Shown here one piece after another: positions 1 through 10,573 of a stretch of DNA of 64,000 nucleotides. The first letter of the stretch is position 1, and each line of letters starts with the position of its first letter. Source of the DNA: an uncultured Thiothrix sp. (lineage in GTDB: Bacteria; Pseudomonadota; Gammaproteobacteria; Poriferisulfidales; GCA-002705445); assembly GCA_902595225.1 (NCBI GenBank), contig CACJPG010000002.1, positions 65,151 to 129,150 on the forward strand, given 5' to 3'. The position numbers were made by a program, and so were the translations under genes. The notes beneath the pieces were generated by a model. That model did not search any database. It had not been told where the DNA came from and saw only the letters and a list, made by a program, of their open reading frames with translations.

Positions 1-1069
1 CATTTTCTGGAGTTAATAAAGCGCTGCTATTAGAGTCTTTGAGCTGGATTTGAAGGTTTTTCGTCCTAATTGCGCCAATAACATCTAAAAGATAATTAAC
101 ATTAAACCCTACTTCTATGCTGTCTCCAGAGTAATCGGCTTTGATATCATCTGAAGCTTCTTCTTTTTCAGGGTTGTTTGCGCTTACTTTAATTTCTCCA
201 TTTTCAAAATGAAGCCGAACTCCTCTGAATCTATCATTTGAAAGAATTGAGACCCTGGTCAGCGCCTCTTTAAAAATTTTACAATCAACCAAGATCTGCT
301 TATCTGTGTCTTTTGGAATAACTTTTTCATAATCAGGGAACTTTCCGTCGATAAGCTTGGTTATAGCCATTGCATCGCCGCTATCAACCTGTATATGGTT
401 TTTTGAAGCGGTAATTTTTAATTCTTTGTTTTCGTCAATTTGTTTATCGATTTCCAGAACCCCCTTTCTGGGAATAATGACGCTTACATCATCTTCTGTT
501 GTGGCTTTTATTGTAGATCCTGCTTTTGCAAGCCTGTGCCCATCTGTTGCCACTCCATATAGCTCTTTACTGGATATCTTCATAAAGAGGCCATTTAGGT
601 AATACCTTACATCTTGCTGAGCCATTGCAAAAGCTGTTTTGCTAAAAACTTCTTTAAGGTCAGACGAGTCTAAAGAAAATTCCACAGAATTTTCGTCTTT
701 GTTTTCCATTAGTGGGAACGTTTTTGCATCTAATGCTGAAAGAGTGAATTTACTTTTTTTTGATTCAATTTGAAGTTTTCCTTCATCTTTTTTTTCAATT
801 TCTATCAGCGCCTTGTCAGGCAAACCCTTGCCGATATCAAAAAGCTTCCTGCCAGGGATTGTAATGTCGGCAGCAAAATCAATGGTCTCTTCAAAATTTA
901 TCTTCGATGAAAGCTGGACCTCTAGATCAGAAGCGACGACATGAAACCCGTCATTATCCTTTTTTAAAAGAACATGGCTAAGGATTGGCATAGATTGTCT
1001 TTTCTCAACAACCCCGATCACCTTTTGCAAAGCTTTAATTAAGTTTTCTTTAGTTATTATTAATTTCAT
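1..1069 (-). CDS. dnaN: DNA polymerase III beta sliding clamp, 5' portion (3' end runs off the window)
   Basis: Absent from the ORF track because it is open at the window edge. Reverse-strand translation from the ATG at complement 1069-1067 reads MKLIITKENLIKALQKVIGVVEKRQSMPILSHVLL..., a typical DnaN N-terminus. Lies directly downstream of dnaA. Confidence 0.9.
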   Translation of the reverse strand, partial: MKLIITKENLIKALQKVIGVVEKRQSMPILSHVLLKKDNDGFHVVASDLEVQLSSKINFEETIDFAADITIPGRKLFDIGKGLPDKALIEIEKKDEGKLQIESKKSKFTLSALDAKTFPLMENKDENSVEFSLDSSDLKEVFSKTAFAMAQQDVRYYLNGLFMKISSKELYGVATDGHRLAKAGSTIKATTEDDVSVIIPRKGVLEIDKQIDENKELKITASKNHIQVDSGDAMAITKLIDGKFPDYEKVIPKDTDKQILVDCKIFKEALTRVSILSNDRFRGVRLHFENGEIKVSANNPEKEEASDDIKADYSGDSIEVGFNVNYLLDVIGAIRTKNLQIQLKDSNSSALLTPEN

Positions 1070-1252
1070 ATTATTTATATTAATTATTATTAGTTAAGCG
1101 TAAATCTGTTTATATGTTATTAATCTTTAGCAAAAACAATACTTTATGGACATATTAAATTGTGAACAACTTTTTTGATTATGTGGTTACATATTTATAT
1201 TCAAAGTTATGCATAAAAAATACTGCAATATATACAGGTTCTCCACAAAAAT

Positions 1253-2578
1253 CTATGTGCTTAAAGCTCTTCTTAAATTTATTAAGTCCTCCTTAATTTT
1301 ATTATCAGTTAAACAAACCTCAGATATCTTTTTGCATGCATGCAGCACTGTTGTGTGATCTCTTCCGCCAAATGCATCCCCGATTTCAGGCAAGCTATGA
1401 TTTGTTAATTCTTTTGCTAATGACATAGCTAATTGCCGTGGTCGTGCTAACGATCGGTTTCTCTTTGCCGAAAGTAAGTCTGCCATTCGAATTTTGTAAT
1501 AATTTGCAACAGTTTTTTGAATATTTTCGATCGATACCATGCTGTTTTGAAGAGATATAAGGTCTTGCAACGCTTCTTTTGCAAAAGCAAGAGTTATCTC
1601 CTTTCCGGTAAATTGTGCGTTAGCAACGACTCTTCTTAATGCTCCTTCAAGCTCACGAACGTTCGATTGTATGCATTTAGCAATAAAAAAAGCAACTTCT
1701 GTATCAAGGCTTGTTCCAATGCTGGCCGCCTTTTTTTGAAGAATAGCAACCCTTGTTTCAAGTTCAGGAGGCTCTATAGACTGAGTTAAGCCCCAGCCAA
1801 ATCTTGATTTTAATCTATCGTCAAGCCCATTAACTGCCTTTGGGTATCTGTCGCAAGTCAAAACAATTTGGCAGCTCCCCTCTAGAAGAGCATTAAAAGT
1901 ATGAAAGAATTCTTCTTGCGAGCGCTCTTTCCCTGCAAAAAACTGAATATCATCAATTAATAAGGCGTCAGCCGATCTGTAAAACTTCTTAAATGAATCA
2001 ATTTTGTTATGTTGTAAAGCTCTGACCATGTCGGCAACAAACTTTTCTGAGTGTAGATATAAAATTTTTGCTTTTGGGTTTTGTCGAAGGATGTTATTTC
2101 CTATGGCATTCATTAAGTGGGTTTTGCCCAAGCCCACTCCCCCGTATATGAAGAAAGGGTTATATTGTGTCGTGCCGGGATTGCTAGATACTTGAAGCGC
2201 TGCCGCTCTAGCAAGCTCGTTAGATTTGCCTGTAACAAAATTATCGAAGGTAAAGTCTACTAAAAACCTCCTATCAGAGTCAAAAGAAGTGTGCTTATCT
2301 TCTTCAATAATCGCATTATCTTCTTTAATCTCCTTCGAAATTCCCCCAATAGCGATGCTAAAATTATATTCAGATCCTTGTAGCTTCTTCACAAAATATT
2401 CACTTAAATTTTCATTTGCCCAGTCAACCGCATACTGGTTTGGCGCCTTAATCATAAGTGTTTTATCTATTGTGGTCGCCTGCAGCGGCCTAACCCATGT
2501 GTTAAACTGCTGTTCGTCAAAATCATTTCTAAAGTCAACAAGACATTCTTCCCAGAAACCTGGCTGCATTTGTATCAC
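1253..2578 (-). CDS. dnaA: chromosomal replication initiator DnaA
   Basis: 441 aa with AAA+ Walker [11 protein letters not shown] and a C-terminal DnaA-box binding domain (...[12 protein letters not shown]...). Classic dnaA-dnaN synteny. Confidence 0.97.
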   Translation of the reverse strand: MIQMQPGFWEECLVDFRNDFDEQQFNTWVRPLQATTIDKTLMIKAPNQYAVDWANENLSEYFVKKLQGSEYNFSIAIGGISKEIKEDNAIIEEDKHTSFDSDRRFLVDFTFDNFVTGKSNELARAAALQVSSNPGTTQYNPFFIYGGVGLGKTHLMNAIGNNILRQNPKAKILYLHSEKFVADMVRALQHNKIDSFKKFYRSADALLIDDIQFFAGKERSQEEFFHTFNALLEGSCQIVLTCDRYPKAVNGLDDRLKSRFGWGLTQSIEPPELETRVAILQKKAASIGTSLDTEVAFFIAKCIQSNVRELEGALRRVVANAQFTGKEITLAFAKEALQDLISLQNSMVSIENIQKTVANYYKIRMADLLSAKRNRSLARPRQLAMSLAKELTNHSLPEIGDAFGGRDHTTVLHACKKISEVCLTDNKIKEDLINLRRALST

Positions 2579-2620
2579 CCCAAATTAATTCTTATTCTTC
2601 AATCTTAATTCATATTATAC

Positions 2621-2670
2621 TTATCCACAGTAGAAATAAATCAACAAATCTGTGTAAAATTTGTGGATAA
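2621..2670. promoter_or_regulatory. pair of perfect DnaA boxes in inverted orientation (TTATCCACA 2621-2629; TGTGGATAA 2662-2670) in the dnaA/rpmH divergent spacer
   Basis: Exact matches to the 9-mer DnaA box consensus read directly in the sequence. Could be the dnaA autoregulation site, part of oriC, or both. Confidence 0.7.
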
Positions 2671-2757
2671 GTTATGTAAAAAATTGTGATAAAGTATCTA
2701 TTGACAAATTAAGCCTATAGACGTAATGTCGCGAGCAGAATATTAAAGGATTTTTAC

Positions 2758-2892
2758 ATGAAAAGAACGTTCCAGCCTAGCAAGCTTAAAAGAAAAAGAA
2801 CCCACGGCTTTAGATCGCGAATGAAGACTAGCGGCGGGAGAGCTGTAATAAATGCAAGAAGATCTAAGGGAAGAAAACGTCTTTCCGCTTAA
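2758..2892 (+). CDS. rpmH: 50S ribosomal protein L34
   Basis: Below the ORF-track size cutoff. Hand translation gives [44 protein letters not shown], 44 aa, the canonical L34 sequence. Sits upstream of rnpA. Confidence 0.95.
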   Translation: MKRTFQPSKLKRKRTHGFRSRMKTSGGRAVINARRSKGRKRLSA

Positions 2893-2926
2893 TTCTAGTA
2901 ATATTTCAGGTAGCCGTGCAAAGAAA

Positions 2927-3238
2927 ATGAGGCTAGATAGCTCTTTGGATTTTAGTAATTGCTTTTTGCAAGGAAAAAGAACATCAACGCATGCTTTCAT
3001 GATCTATTATTTAGAAAATGATTTGGAATATGGTCGTCTAGGCATCAGGATTGCGAAGAAAAAGATAAAAAAAGCGGTTGAAAGAAACAGAATTAAAAGA
3101 ATTGCGAGAGAAGTTTTCAGAAATGGTCACTTTAAAGGTATAGATATAGTTCTAGTTTTGAGAAATGAGAAAAAATTTGAATATGAAAAGTGTTATGAGC
3201 AAATTAATGAGATTTTTAAAACCTTAAAAAGTTTATGA
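2927..3238 (+). CDS. rnpA: ribonuclease P protein component
   Basis: Basic protein with ...GRLGIRIAKKKIKKAVERNRIKRIAREVFR..., following rpmH. The track ORF starts at 2852 inside rpmH, so I prefer the ATG at 2927. The start is uncertain. Confidence 0.8.
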   Translation: MRLDSSLDFSNCFLQGKRTSTHAFMIYYLENDLEYGRLGIRIAKKKIKKAVERNRIKRIAREVFRNGHFKGIDIVLVLRNEKKFEYEKCYEQINEIFKTLKSL

Positions 3239-3447
3239 GCTTCCTGTTGATTAAAATTATTAGAGTTTACCAAATAATGTTGAGCGTTTTTGTTGGCCAA
3301 CACTGTAGATTTTCTCCCACATGTTCAAATTATGCTATCGAGGCTATAAAATATCATGGCCCTATGAAGGGTGGAGCAATGGCAGCGAAAAGGGTATGTA
3401 GATGTCACCCATGGTGTGAAGGTGGTGTTGATGAGGTTCCAAAATGA
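3235..3447 (+). CDS. yidD: membrane protein insertion efficiency factor YidD
   Basis: 70 aa with HCRFSPTCSNYAIEAIKYHG...CHPW, typical of YidD. Lies between rnpA and yidC. Confidence 0.9.
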   Translation: MSFLLIKIIRVYQIMLSVFVGQHCRFSPTCSNYAIEAIKYHGPMKGGAMAAKRVCRCHPWCEGGVDEVPK

Positions 3448-5090
3448 ATAGTAGATTTTTGTTATACATGGCTTTTTTTCTGGTCCTTTTCATGATTTGG
3501 CAACAATGGCAAATGGAACAAAACCCAAATATGACTGCCAATCAAGAATCAGTTAACACTGAAAACTTTATATCGCCTGATGATTTCCCAGAAAAAGACG
3601 CAATTAGCAAAGATCAAAAATCAAATAATGCTGAAGATAGGGCTAGCTCATTGTTAGAGAACGAAACAGGCGAGCTTGTAGTTATTTCTAATAAGGATGT
3701 TCGAGTTTCTGTGGATTCTGTTGGTGGAACGATAAAAAAAATTGAGCTTTTAAATTATTTTCAAACAACTCAAGAGAATAGCGAAAACATAAGTTTGTTA
3801 GATTTTGAAAAGGACTTTTATATTGCAGAATCGGGACTAAAGCATGTTTATAAAGATAAAAAATCTAATAAGTTAAAATTAGCCCCTGGGCATCGCGATG
3901 TCTTTTCAGTCTCAAAAAAACAAACCGGCTCAGTTGTTTTAGTATGGCAAAATGCCGAAAAAGATATTTATGTCACAAAAAAAATTAGTTTAGAGGATAG
4001 AGGTTACAAGGTAAATGTCGAACATGGCATTGTTAATGATTCTAAGCAAGTTTGGGAAGGCAATCAGTATAGACAGCTAAGAAGAAAAAGTCTGGGAGAA
4101 AGCAGGTCTTGGGTAACGCCCACCTTCACAGGCGCGGCATATTTTGATGGAGCGTATAATAAATTATCATATGATGAAATTGCAGAGAAAAAACCAAAGT
4201 TTGATGTTTTGGGCGGATGGATTGCAATGATGGAACATTATTTTGTTTCTTCTTGGGTTTTCGATGGAGATCAAAAAAATAGATTTTACACAAAACATAA
4301 AAAAATCGATGGGGTGAGGAGTGATTATATTATCGGCGCAGGGTCTACAGTAATTAGTATTTCTCCTGGAGAAAAAGCAAGCATGATTTCAACTCTTTAT
4401 GCCGGCCCAAAATTGCAAAACGAGCTCGAAAAAATTTCAGAAGGCCTAGATCTTACGATTGATTACGGAGTTCTGACATTTCTCTCGAAACCATTATTTT
4501 GGTTATTAGATAAAATATATAGCTTTGTTGGCAATTGGGGCTGGGCAATAATAATTCTGACTTTACTAATCAAGCTTGCTTTTTATAAACTTTCAGAAAC
4601 AAGCTATCGTTCTATGGCGAAAATGAAACAATTCTCCCCAAAAATTCAGTCCATTCGAGAAAGATATGGGAACGACAGGCAAAAGATGAATCAGGCCATG
4701 ATGGACATGTATCGCCAAGAAAAAATAAATCCTCTTGGAGGATGCTGGCCAATACTAATTCAAATCCCTGTTTTTATTGCTTTGTACTGGGTTTTGCTAG
4801 AGAGCGTAGAATTGCGCCAAGCAGATTTTATTTTTTGGATTAACGATCTTTCGGTTAGAGATCCATACTTTGTTCTCCCACTGTTGATGGGTATATCAAT
4901 GTACTTTCAACAAAAACTTAACCCTGCTCCACCAGACCCTATGCAAGCCAAAATAATGCAAATGCTGCCAATAATCTTCACGGCTTTCTTTGCCTTTTTC
5001 CCTGCTGGCCTTGTCCTTTACTGGGTGGTCAATAATTTGTTATCAATCGCACAACAGTGGAAAATAACTAAAACAATTACGTCTCAGTAA
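3444..5090 (+). CDS. yidC: membrane protein insertase YidC
   Basis: 548 aa with an N-terminal TM, a large periplasmic domain, and a C-terminal 60 kDa insertase core (...GGCWPILIQIPVFIALYWVL...). Conserved synteny. Confidence 0.95.
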   Translation: MNSRFLLYMAFFLVLFMIWQQWQMEQNPNMTANQESVNTENFISPDDFPEKDAISKDQKSNNAEDRASSLLENETGELVVISNKDVRVSVDSVGGTIKKIELLNYFQTTQENSENISLLDFEKDFYIAESGLKHVYKDKKSNKLKLAPGHRDVFSVSKKQTGSVVLVWQNAEKDIYVTKKISLEDRGYKVNVEHGIVNDSKQVWEGNQYRQLRRKSLGESRSWVTPTFTGAAYFDGAYNKLSYDEIAEKKPKFDVLGGWIAMMEHYFVSSWVFDGDQKNRFYTKHKKIDGVRSDYIIGAGSTVISISPGEKASMISTLYAGPKLQNELEKISEGLDLTIDYGVLTFLSKPLFWLLDKIYSFVGNWGWAIIILTLLIKLAFYKLSETSYRSMAKMKQFSPKIQSIRERYGNDRQKMNQAMMDMYRQEKINPLGGCWPILIQIPVFIALYWVLLESVELRQADFIFWINDLSVRDPYFVLPLLMGISMYFQQKLNPAPPDPMQAKIMQMLPIIFTAFFAFFPAGLVLYWVVNNLLSIAQQWKITKTITSQ

Positions 5091-5095
5091 TTATC

Positions 5096-6442
5096 GTGAA
5101 TAGCGGAGAAACTATTGTCAGTCTTTCAACTCCGATGGGGCTGGGAGCTATTTCGTTAATAAGATGTTCCGGCCTTCAAACGAATAAAATTATAGAAACT
5201 TTCTTTTCAAAAAAGTTTTCACCAAACGAAGCAAATTACCTAAAGTTTAAAAAAGGTGACCAAGTTCTTGATGACGTGATTGCCATTTTTTACAAATCAC
5301 CAAAATCCTACACCGGCGAAGACATGCTTGAAATTATGTGTCATGGCGGCTCTGTTATTTATCAAATGTTAATTAGGGAAATCTTAACAATAGATGGTTG
5401 CCGCCTAGCAAAGCCAGGGGAATTTAGTGAGAGATCATATATGAATAACAAAATGGGCATTTTCGAGGCAGAGTCTATATGTGCCCTTATAAATGCTAAA
5501 ACAGAGTCGGCTGCATTAGCTGCTAGAGAAGCATTATCAGGTAAATTTAGCCAAGACGTTTTCGATATTGACCAAATGATTTTAGAAACCAGAGTCCAAG
5601 TCGAAGCTTTGCTGGATTTTTCTGACGAAGACATCGAAACCGAAGGACAAGAAGAAATACAAGATTGTATCGAGGACTCAAAAAAGAAAATACAAGGGCT
5701 TATATCAAAATTACAAAATAACAGGCTTCTTTATGAAACAAGCAAGGTTGCTGTTTTAGGAATGCCAAATGCCGGTAAGTCCTCTTTGATTAATTTTTTA
5801 ACTGACGAAGATGTGTCAATTGTGAACGAACAAGCAGGAACAACTCGAGATGTTGTTTCAAAAATTTTTAGTCTTGATGGAATACCAGTAACGATTTTTG
5901 ATACTGCCGGTATAAGAGAAACGGATGATAGCATTGAGAAGGAAGGCTCTATAAAAGCCATGAGGCAAGCCAAAGATGTAAACTTAGTGATTTACCTTTA
6001 TGATTTCTCAATTGGGATTAAAGAAGACGATATGACTATTTTGCGTGAGTTGGAAAAAGAAAATATCAGATTTCTTGTCGTAGCAAATAAAATTGATTTA
6101 ACGAAACAGGATAAAGTTGCCTACAAAAGTTTTGCAGAAGCAACCGAATTATTTATTTCAATTAAAGAAAATAAAAACCTAAATGATATGAGGATGCTTT
6201 TGATTGACCAGCTTAAAAAAGTAATTAGCGAAAGCACCTCAGGCCAATACCACGCTTATCATTTGAGATGTCTTACAGCAGCATTACAAGAAATGGATAG
6301 CTTAAATGTGAATCTTAATGAATTAGAATTGGTTGCTGAAAAATTAAAGAGCGTACAAAACTATATTTCTGAAATTTTAGAAAACAAAGATGATGACAGA
6401 GTTTTGTCGGGAATTTTCTCAAATTTTTGCATCGGAAAGTAA
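5096..6442 (+). CDS. mnmE: tRNA modification GTPase MnmE
   Basis: 448 aa, GTG start, G-domain GMPNAGKSSL...DTAGIR, and the C-terminal CIGK tetrapeptide typical of MnmE. Confidence 0.95.
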   Translation: MNSGETIVSLSTPMGLGAISLIRCSGLQTNKIIETFFSKKFSPNEANYLKFKKGDQVLDDVIAIFYKSPKSYTGEDMLEIMCHGGSVIYQMLIREILTIDGCRLAKPGEFSERSYMNNKMGIFEAESICALINAKTESAALAAREALSGKFSQDVFDIDQMILETRVQVEALLDFSDEDIETEGQEEIQDCIEDSKKKIQGLISKLQNNRLLYETSKVAVLGMPNAGKSSLINFLTDEDVSIVNEQAGTTRDVVSKIFSLDGIPVTIFDTAGIRETDDSIEKEGSIKAMRQAKDVNLVIYLYDFSIGIKEDDMTILRELEKENIRFLVVANKIDLTKQDKVAYKSFAEATELFISIKENKNLNDMRMLLIDQLKKVISESTSGQYHAYHLRCLTAALQEMDSLNVNLNELELVAEKLKSVQNYISEILENKDDDRVLSGIFSNFCIGK

Positions 6443-6454
6443 TATAATAAATAT

Positions 6455-8299
6455 ATGAAAGAATACGACGTAATTGTAATTGGTGGAGGACACGCAGGCA
6501 CAGAAGCATGTTTAGCAAGCGCAAGGTGTGGCGCAAAAACTTTATTGGTTACGCAAACTTTTAGCACCGTTGGCCAAATGAGTTGTAATCCATCAATTGG
6601 TGGCATTGGAAAAGGCCATTTAACAAGAGAGGTTGATGCGCTAGGGGGAGTAATGGCTAGAGCGGCTGATGCGTCAGGGATTCACTTTCGAACTTTAAAT
6701 AAGAAAAAAGGCCCCGCTGTATGGGCAACTAGAGCTCAAGCTGATCGGAATTTATATAAAGCTTTTATTCAAAATGAAATAAAATACCAAAAAAACCTTG
6801 ATTTTATCGATGGCGAAGTAATAGATGTAATTATAAAAAATAATGAGATTCGGGGTGTCGAACTTCAAGGAAATCAAACCATATGCTGTAAAAATATTAT
6901 CTTAACAGCTGGCACATTTCTATCTGGAATAATTCATGTTGGTGACAAATCATATTCTGCGGGAAGACTTGGGGAGAATGCGTCAATCAAATTGGCAAAT
7001 AGAATGAGAGATTTAGATCTTATGATGGGACGCTTAAAAACAGGAACCCCGCCAAGGCTTGATGGAAAATCTATAAACTTTGATGTAATGGCAGAACAAC
7101 CAGGAGATTTTCCTAGGCCAGTTTTTTCTTTTTTGGGAAAAACTTCCGACCATCCAAAGCAAGTGAGTTGTTTTATTACTAGAACAAACGAAAAAACTCA
7201 CAAATTGATTCGAAACTCACTTAAAAAATCTCCGCTTTTCAATGGTGTCATTACTGGCAAAGGACCAAGATACTGTCCTTCTATAGAGGACAAAGTAACT
7301 CGTTTCCATGAAAAAAATTCACACCAGATATTTTTAGAGCCCGAAGGACTCAACACAGACTTAATTTATCCAAATGGCATATCTACAAGCTTGCCCGAAG
7401 CAGATCAAGAAGAGTTCATCAGATCGATTCATGGCTTAGAAAAAGCAAAAATCACAAAATTTGGCTACGCAATAGAATATGATTTTTTTGATCCTCGCGG
7501 GCTAACTTCTTTTCTGGAAAACAAAAAAGTTAGAGGATTTTTTATGGCTGGGCAAATTAATGGTACTACAGGTTATGAAGAGGCGGCATCTCAGGGTATT
7601 GTTGCGGGAATAAATGCAGCTTTAAAATCTCAAGAAAAAGAAATGTGGAGCCCGAGACGTGAGCAATCATATATCGGTGTAATGATTGATGATTTGGTTA
7701 CTCAAGGTGCGTCAGAACCATATAGAATGTTCACTAGTAGAGCCGAACACAGACTTTTTCTGAGAGAGGATAATGCCGATCAAAGACTTACAAAATTAGG
7801 CTGGGATTTAGGATCGGTTTCGAAAGAAAGGTTCAGTGCTTATTCAAAAAAAATTAATTTGATTGAAAAAGAAATAGAAAAATTAAGACATGTAACCTTT
7901 TTTGAAGAGGGCAAGAAAGTCTTTGCGGGTGATTATTTAAAAAGACCAAATACTTCATATGACGACTTAGCGAAACTTTGTCCAGATCATAACTTGATAA
8001 ATTCATCCATCGGAGAAAACTGTGCTGTGAATATCCGCTATGAAGGTTATATCGCAAGACAAGAGACAGAGATTATCAGAAATAAAAAGGATGAAGAGCT
8101 TTCATTGCCAGAAAAGATAAATTACGAAAAGATATTAGCGCTATCTTCAGAAGCAAGGGAAAATCTTGCAATTGCAAGACCACAAAATTTAAGACAAGCA
8201 GCAAAAATACCTGGAGTAACGCCGGCAGCAATTTCAATTTTGAAAGTCCAAATAAAAGCTATAAATAACAGTAAAAAAATTGCCAGTGATGGTAAATAA
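6455..8299 (+). CDS. mnmG: tRNA uridine 5-carboxymethylaminomethyl modification enzyme MnmG (GidA)
   Basis: 614 aa with the FAD motif VIVIGGGHAGTEA and MnmG-length architecture. Follows mnmE. Confidence 0.97.
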   Translation: MKEYDVIVIGGGHAGTEACLASARCGAKTLLVTQTFSTVGQMSCNPSIGGIGKGHLTREVDALGGVMARAADASGIHFRTLNKKKGPAVWATRAQADRNLYKAFIQNEIKYQKNLDFIDGEVIDVIIKNNEIRGVELQGNQTICCKNIILTAGTFLSGIIHVGDKSYSAGRLGENASIKLANRMRDLDLMMGRLKTGTPPRLDGKSINFDVMAEQPGDFPRPVFSFLGKTSDHPKQVSCFITRTNEKTHKLIRNSLKKSPLFNGVITGKGPRYCPSIEDKVTRFHEKNSHQIFLEPEGLNTDLIYPNGISTSLPEADQEEFIRSIHGLEKAKITKFGYAIEYDFFDPRGLTSFLENKKVRGFFMAGQINGTTGYEEAASQGIVAGINAALKSQEKEMWSPRREQSYIGVMIDDLVTQGASEPYRMFTSRAEHRLFLREDNADQRLTKLGWDLGSVSKERFSAYSKKINLIEKEIEKLRHVTFFEEGKKVFAGDYLKRPNTSYDDLAKLCPDHNLINSSIGENCAVNIRYEGYIARQETEIIRNKKDEELSLPEKINYEKILALSSEARENLAIARPQNLRQAAKIPGVTPAAISILKVQIKAINNSKKIASDGK

Positions 8300-8918
8300 A
8301 GATAAATATAAAAATTTTTTCGATGTATTAGAGAATAATTTTCAAATAGCAGAATCCGTCTCTAAAAAATTTGTTGAATTTTGCGAGATAATCCAGCAAT
8401 CAAATGAGCATTTTAACCTGACCTCGATAAAGAAAATGGATGATATGCTTATTAAGCATGTATTAGATAGTCTTTCGATTCAGCATCTAGTTTCAGGAAG
8501 AAAAATATTAGATATTGGCACAGGAGCAGGATTGCCTGGGGTGCCGCTCGCATTGGCAAATACAGAATCAGATTTTTTTTTACTAGATTCAAATAACAAA
8601 AAAATAATTTTTTTGAACCATGTTAAAATAAGTCTTGGAATTGAAAACATTTTTCCAGAACACGAGAGGGTTGAGAATCTTGATGGCAAGAAAAGCTTTG
8701 ATACTATTGTCTGCAGATCTTTTTCCTCGCTTGCTAAAATTTATTTAAGAGCTAAAAATTTAAAAAAAAATGAGGGGAAAATTATAGCAATGAAGGGCAA
8801 GTTCCCGAAAGACGAACTCGCAGAACTGAAAACTCTTGACTCAGAGGTTAGGCTTCATGTGGAGAAATTAAAAATTCCAGGGCTTGAAGCAGATAGACAC
8901 GCTGTAATAATATATTAA
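8289..8918 (+). CDS. rsmG: 16S rRNA (guanine527-N7)-methyltransferase RsmG (GidB)
   Basis: SAM-binding motif ILDIGTGAGLPGVPLA, downstream of mnmG. The track starts at TTG 8280; the in-frame ATG at 8289 is preferred. Confidence 0.9.
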   Translation: MVNKDKYKNFFDVLENNFQIAESVSKKFVEFCEIIQQSNEHFNLTSIKKMDDMLIKHVLDSLSIQHLVSGRKILDIGTGAGLPGVPLALANTESDFFLLDSNNKKIIFLNHVKISLGIENIFPEHERVENLDGKKSFDTIVCRSFSSLAKIYLRAKNLKKNEGKIIAMKGKFPKDELAELKTLDSEVRLHVEKLKIPGLEADRHAVIIY

Positions 8919-8932
8919 AAAAAGGACAGATT

Positions 8933-9697
8933 GTGACAAAGATATTTTCTATATGTAATCAGAAAGGCGGTGTGGGCAAGACAACCACAAGTGTTAACTT
9001 ATCTGCTGCATTATCTTTAAATAATAAAAAAGTATTATTAATTGATATGGATCCTCAAGGGAACGCAACTATGGGCTCAGGAATTGACAAGTATCAGCTA
9101 GAGTATTCTCTTGCCGATTCGTTGTTACAGAACAACAGAAACATTAATGAAATTATTTTAAATTCACAAGAGGGCTTTGATGTTATCCCAGCAAATCAAG
9201 CTTTAACTTTTGCAGAAGTGAAGCTTTTAGAACTCAAGGATAGAGAGTTAGTTTTAAAAAAAATTTTAGAAGAAATAAAAAGTAATTATCAATATATTGT
9301 AATAGATTGCCCTCCCTCATTGAATATTCTTACTGTTAATGCGTTAGCAGTTTCTGATTATGTAATTATCCCAACACAATGTGAGTATTATGCTTTGGAA
9401 GGACTAACAGCTCTTTTAGAAACAATTGATAAAATCAAAGTTTCTGTAAACGAAGGACTTAAAATTGGTGGAATTTTGAGAACAATGTATGACCCAAGAA
9501 ACAATCTAGCCCAAGATGTATCATTTGAGCTAGAGAGTCATTTTGGCAAAAATGTTTTAAATACTATTATTCCAAGAAATGTTAGTCTTGCGGAAGCGCC
9601 TAGTTATGGCTCTTCTATAATAAGCTATGACAAGGCCTCTAAAGGCTCAATGTCTTATTTGGCTTTAGCTGGGGAACTTGTTAGAACTTCAAAGTAG
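8933..9697 (+). CDS. parA: chromosome partitioning ATPase ParA/Soj
   Basis: 254 aa with the deviant Walker A NQKGGVGKTTT. Paired with parB. Confidence 0.93.
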   Translation: MTKIFSICNQKGGVGKTTTSVNLSAALSLNNKKVLLIDMDPQGNATMGSGIDKYQLEYSLADSLLQNNRNINEIILNSQEGFDVIPANQALTFAEVKLLELKDRELVLKKILEEIKSNYQYIVIDCPPSLNILTVNALAVSDYVIIPTQCEYYALEGLTALLETIDKIKVSVNEGLKIGGILRTMYDPRNNLAQDVSFELESHFGKNVLNTIIPRNVSLAEAPSYGSSIISYDKASKGSMSYLALAGELVRTSK

Positions 9698-9706
9698 GAA
9701 AGAAAG

Positions 9707-10573
9707 ATGACAAAAAAAAGAGGCGGATTAGGAAATAAAGGGGTAGAAGTTTTATTAAGTTCTTCAAAGTCTTCTAAGTCACCCCCTAAGGAAACCTCCT
9801 CAGAAATTGATGTAACAAAAATAAAACCTAGCCCGTACCAGCCTAGAAAAACATTTGATGAGGATAATCTAAAATCTCTTGTGGAATCAATTAAAGAGCA
9901 GGGAGTGATTCAGCCAATTTTAGTTAGAAATACGAAAGACAAAAAATATGAGTTAATTGCCGGAGAAAGACGCCTTAGGGCAGTTAAAATATTAGGGCAC
10001 AAAAAAATACCTTCGATCATAAAAGAAATTTCAAATGAGTCTGCAGCTATCTTCGCTCTTTTGGAAAACGTGCAAAGAGAAGATTTAAACCCCGTTGAAG
10101 AAGCTCAAGGTCTTGAAAAATTAATTAAGAAATTTAAATTTACACAAGATGCGTTGGCTAAGAAAACAGGCAAATCTCGCTCACATATAGCTAACTTGAT
10201 AAGACTTTTGTCACTAGATAAGTATGTTGTTAAATTATTATCTGATGGAAAGATAGACATGGGTCATGCAAGAGCCTTGATATCCTTAACTCCAAGCTCA
10301 CAAAAGATATATGCTGATAAAGTTGTTTCTCAGGGTTTGACTGTTAGAGAGATTGAGAAAATGATATCTGATAAAGGGGAGTCTTTTTCAAAAAAACCTG
10401 GGAAAACCAAAAAAGATCCACATATCATTGATATTGAAAACAAATTGAAGGAAAAGCTCGGTGTTGCAGTGAATATTTCTTACTCATCAAGCAGAAAAAA
10501 TGGAAAAATAACCCTTAACTATAGTAATTTAGACGTTTTAGAGGGCTTATTAAAAAAGTTAGGATATAAATAA
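9707..10573 (+). CDS. parB: chromosome partitioning protein ParB/Spo0J
   Basis: 288 aa with the ParB box ...LIAGERRLRA... and an HTH region. Follows parA. Confidence 0.93.
   Translation: MTKKRGGLGNKGVEVLLSSSKSSKSPPKETSSEIDVTKIKPSPYQPRKTFDEDNLKSLVESIKEQGVIQPILVRNTKDKKYELIAGERRLRAVKILGHKKIPSIIKEISNESAAIFALLENVQREDLNPVEEAQGLEKLIKKFKFTQDALAKKTGKSRSHIANLIRLLSLDKYVVKLLSDGKIDMGHARALISLTPSSQKIYADKVVSQGLTVREIEKMISDKGESFSKKPGKTKKDPHIIDIENKLKEKLGVAVNISYSSSRKNGKITLNYSNLDVLEGLLKKLGYK

Noticed and set aside
357-602. Track ORF 357-602 (+), and similar ORFs at 2004-2195, 2226-2588 and 2743-3000
   Set aside because: These are shadow ORFs on the opposite strand, or out of frame, within well-supported dnaN, dnaA and rpmH/rnpA genes. 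Their translations are low-complexity.
2852-2926. The rnpA start at 2852 overlapping rpmH
   Set aside because: It would overlap the last 41 nt of rpmH and add a non-conserved N-terminus. The first ATG after the rpmH stop (2927) gives a normal RnpA.
6443-6454. An E. coli-like oriC beside mnmG (gidA)
   Set aside because: The mnmE-mnmG spacer is only 12 nt, so there is no room for an origin.
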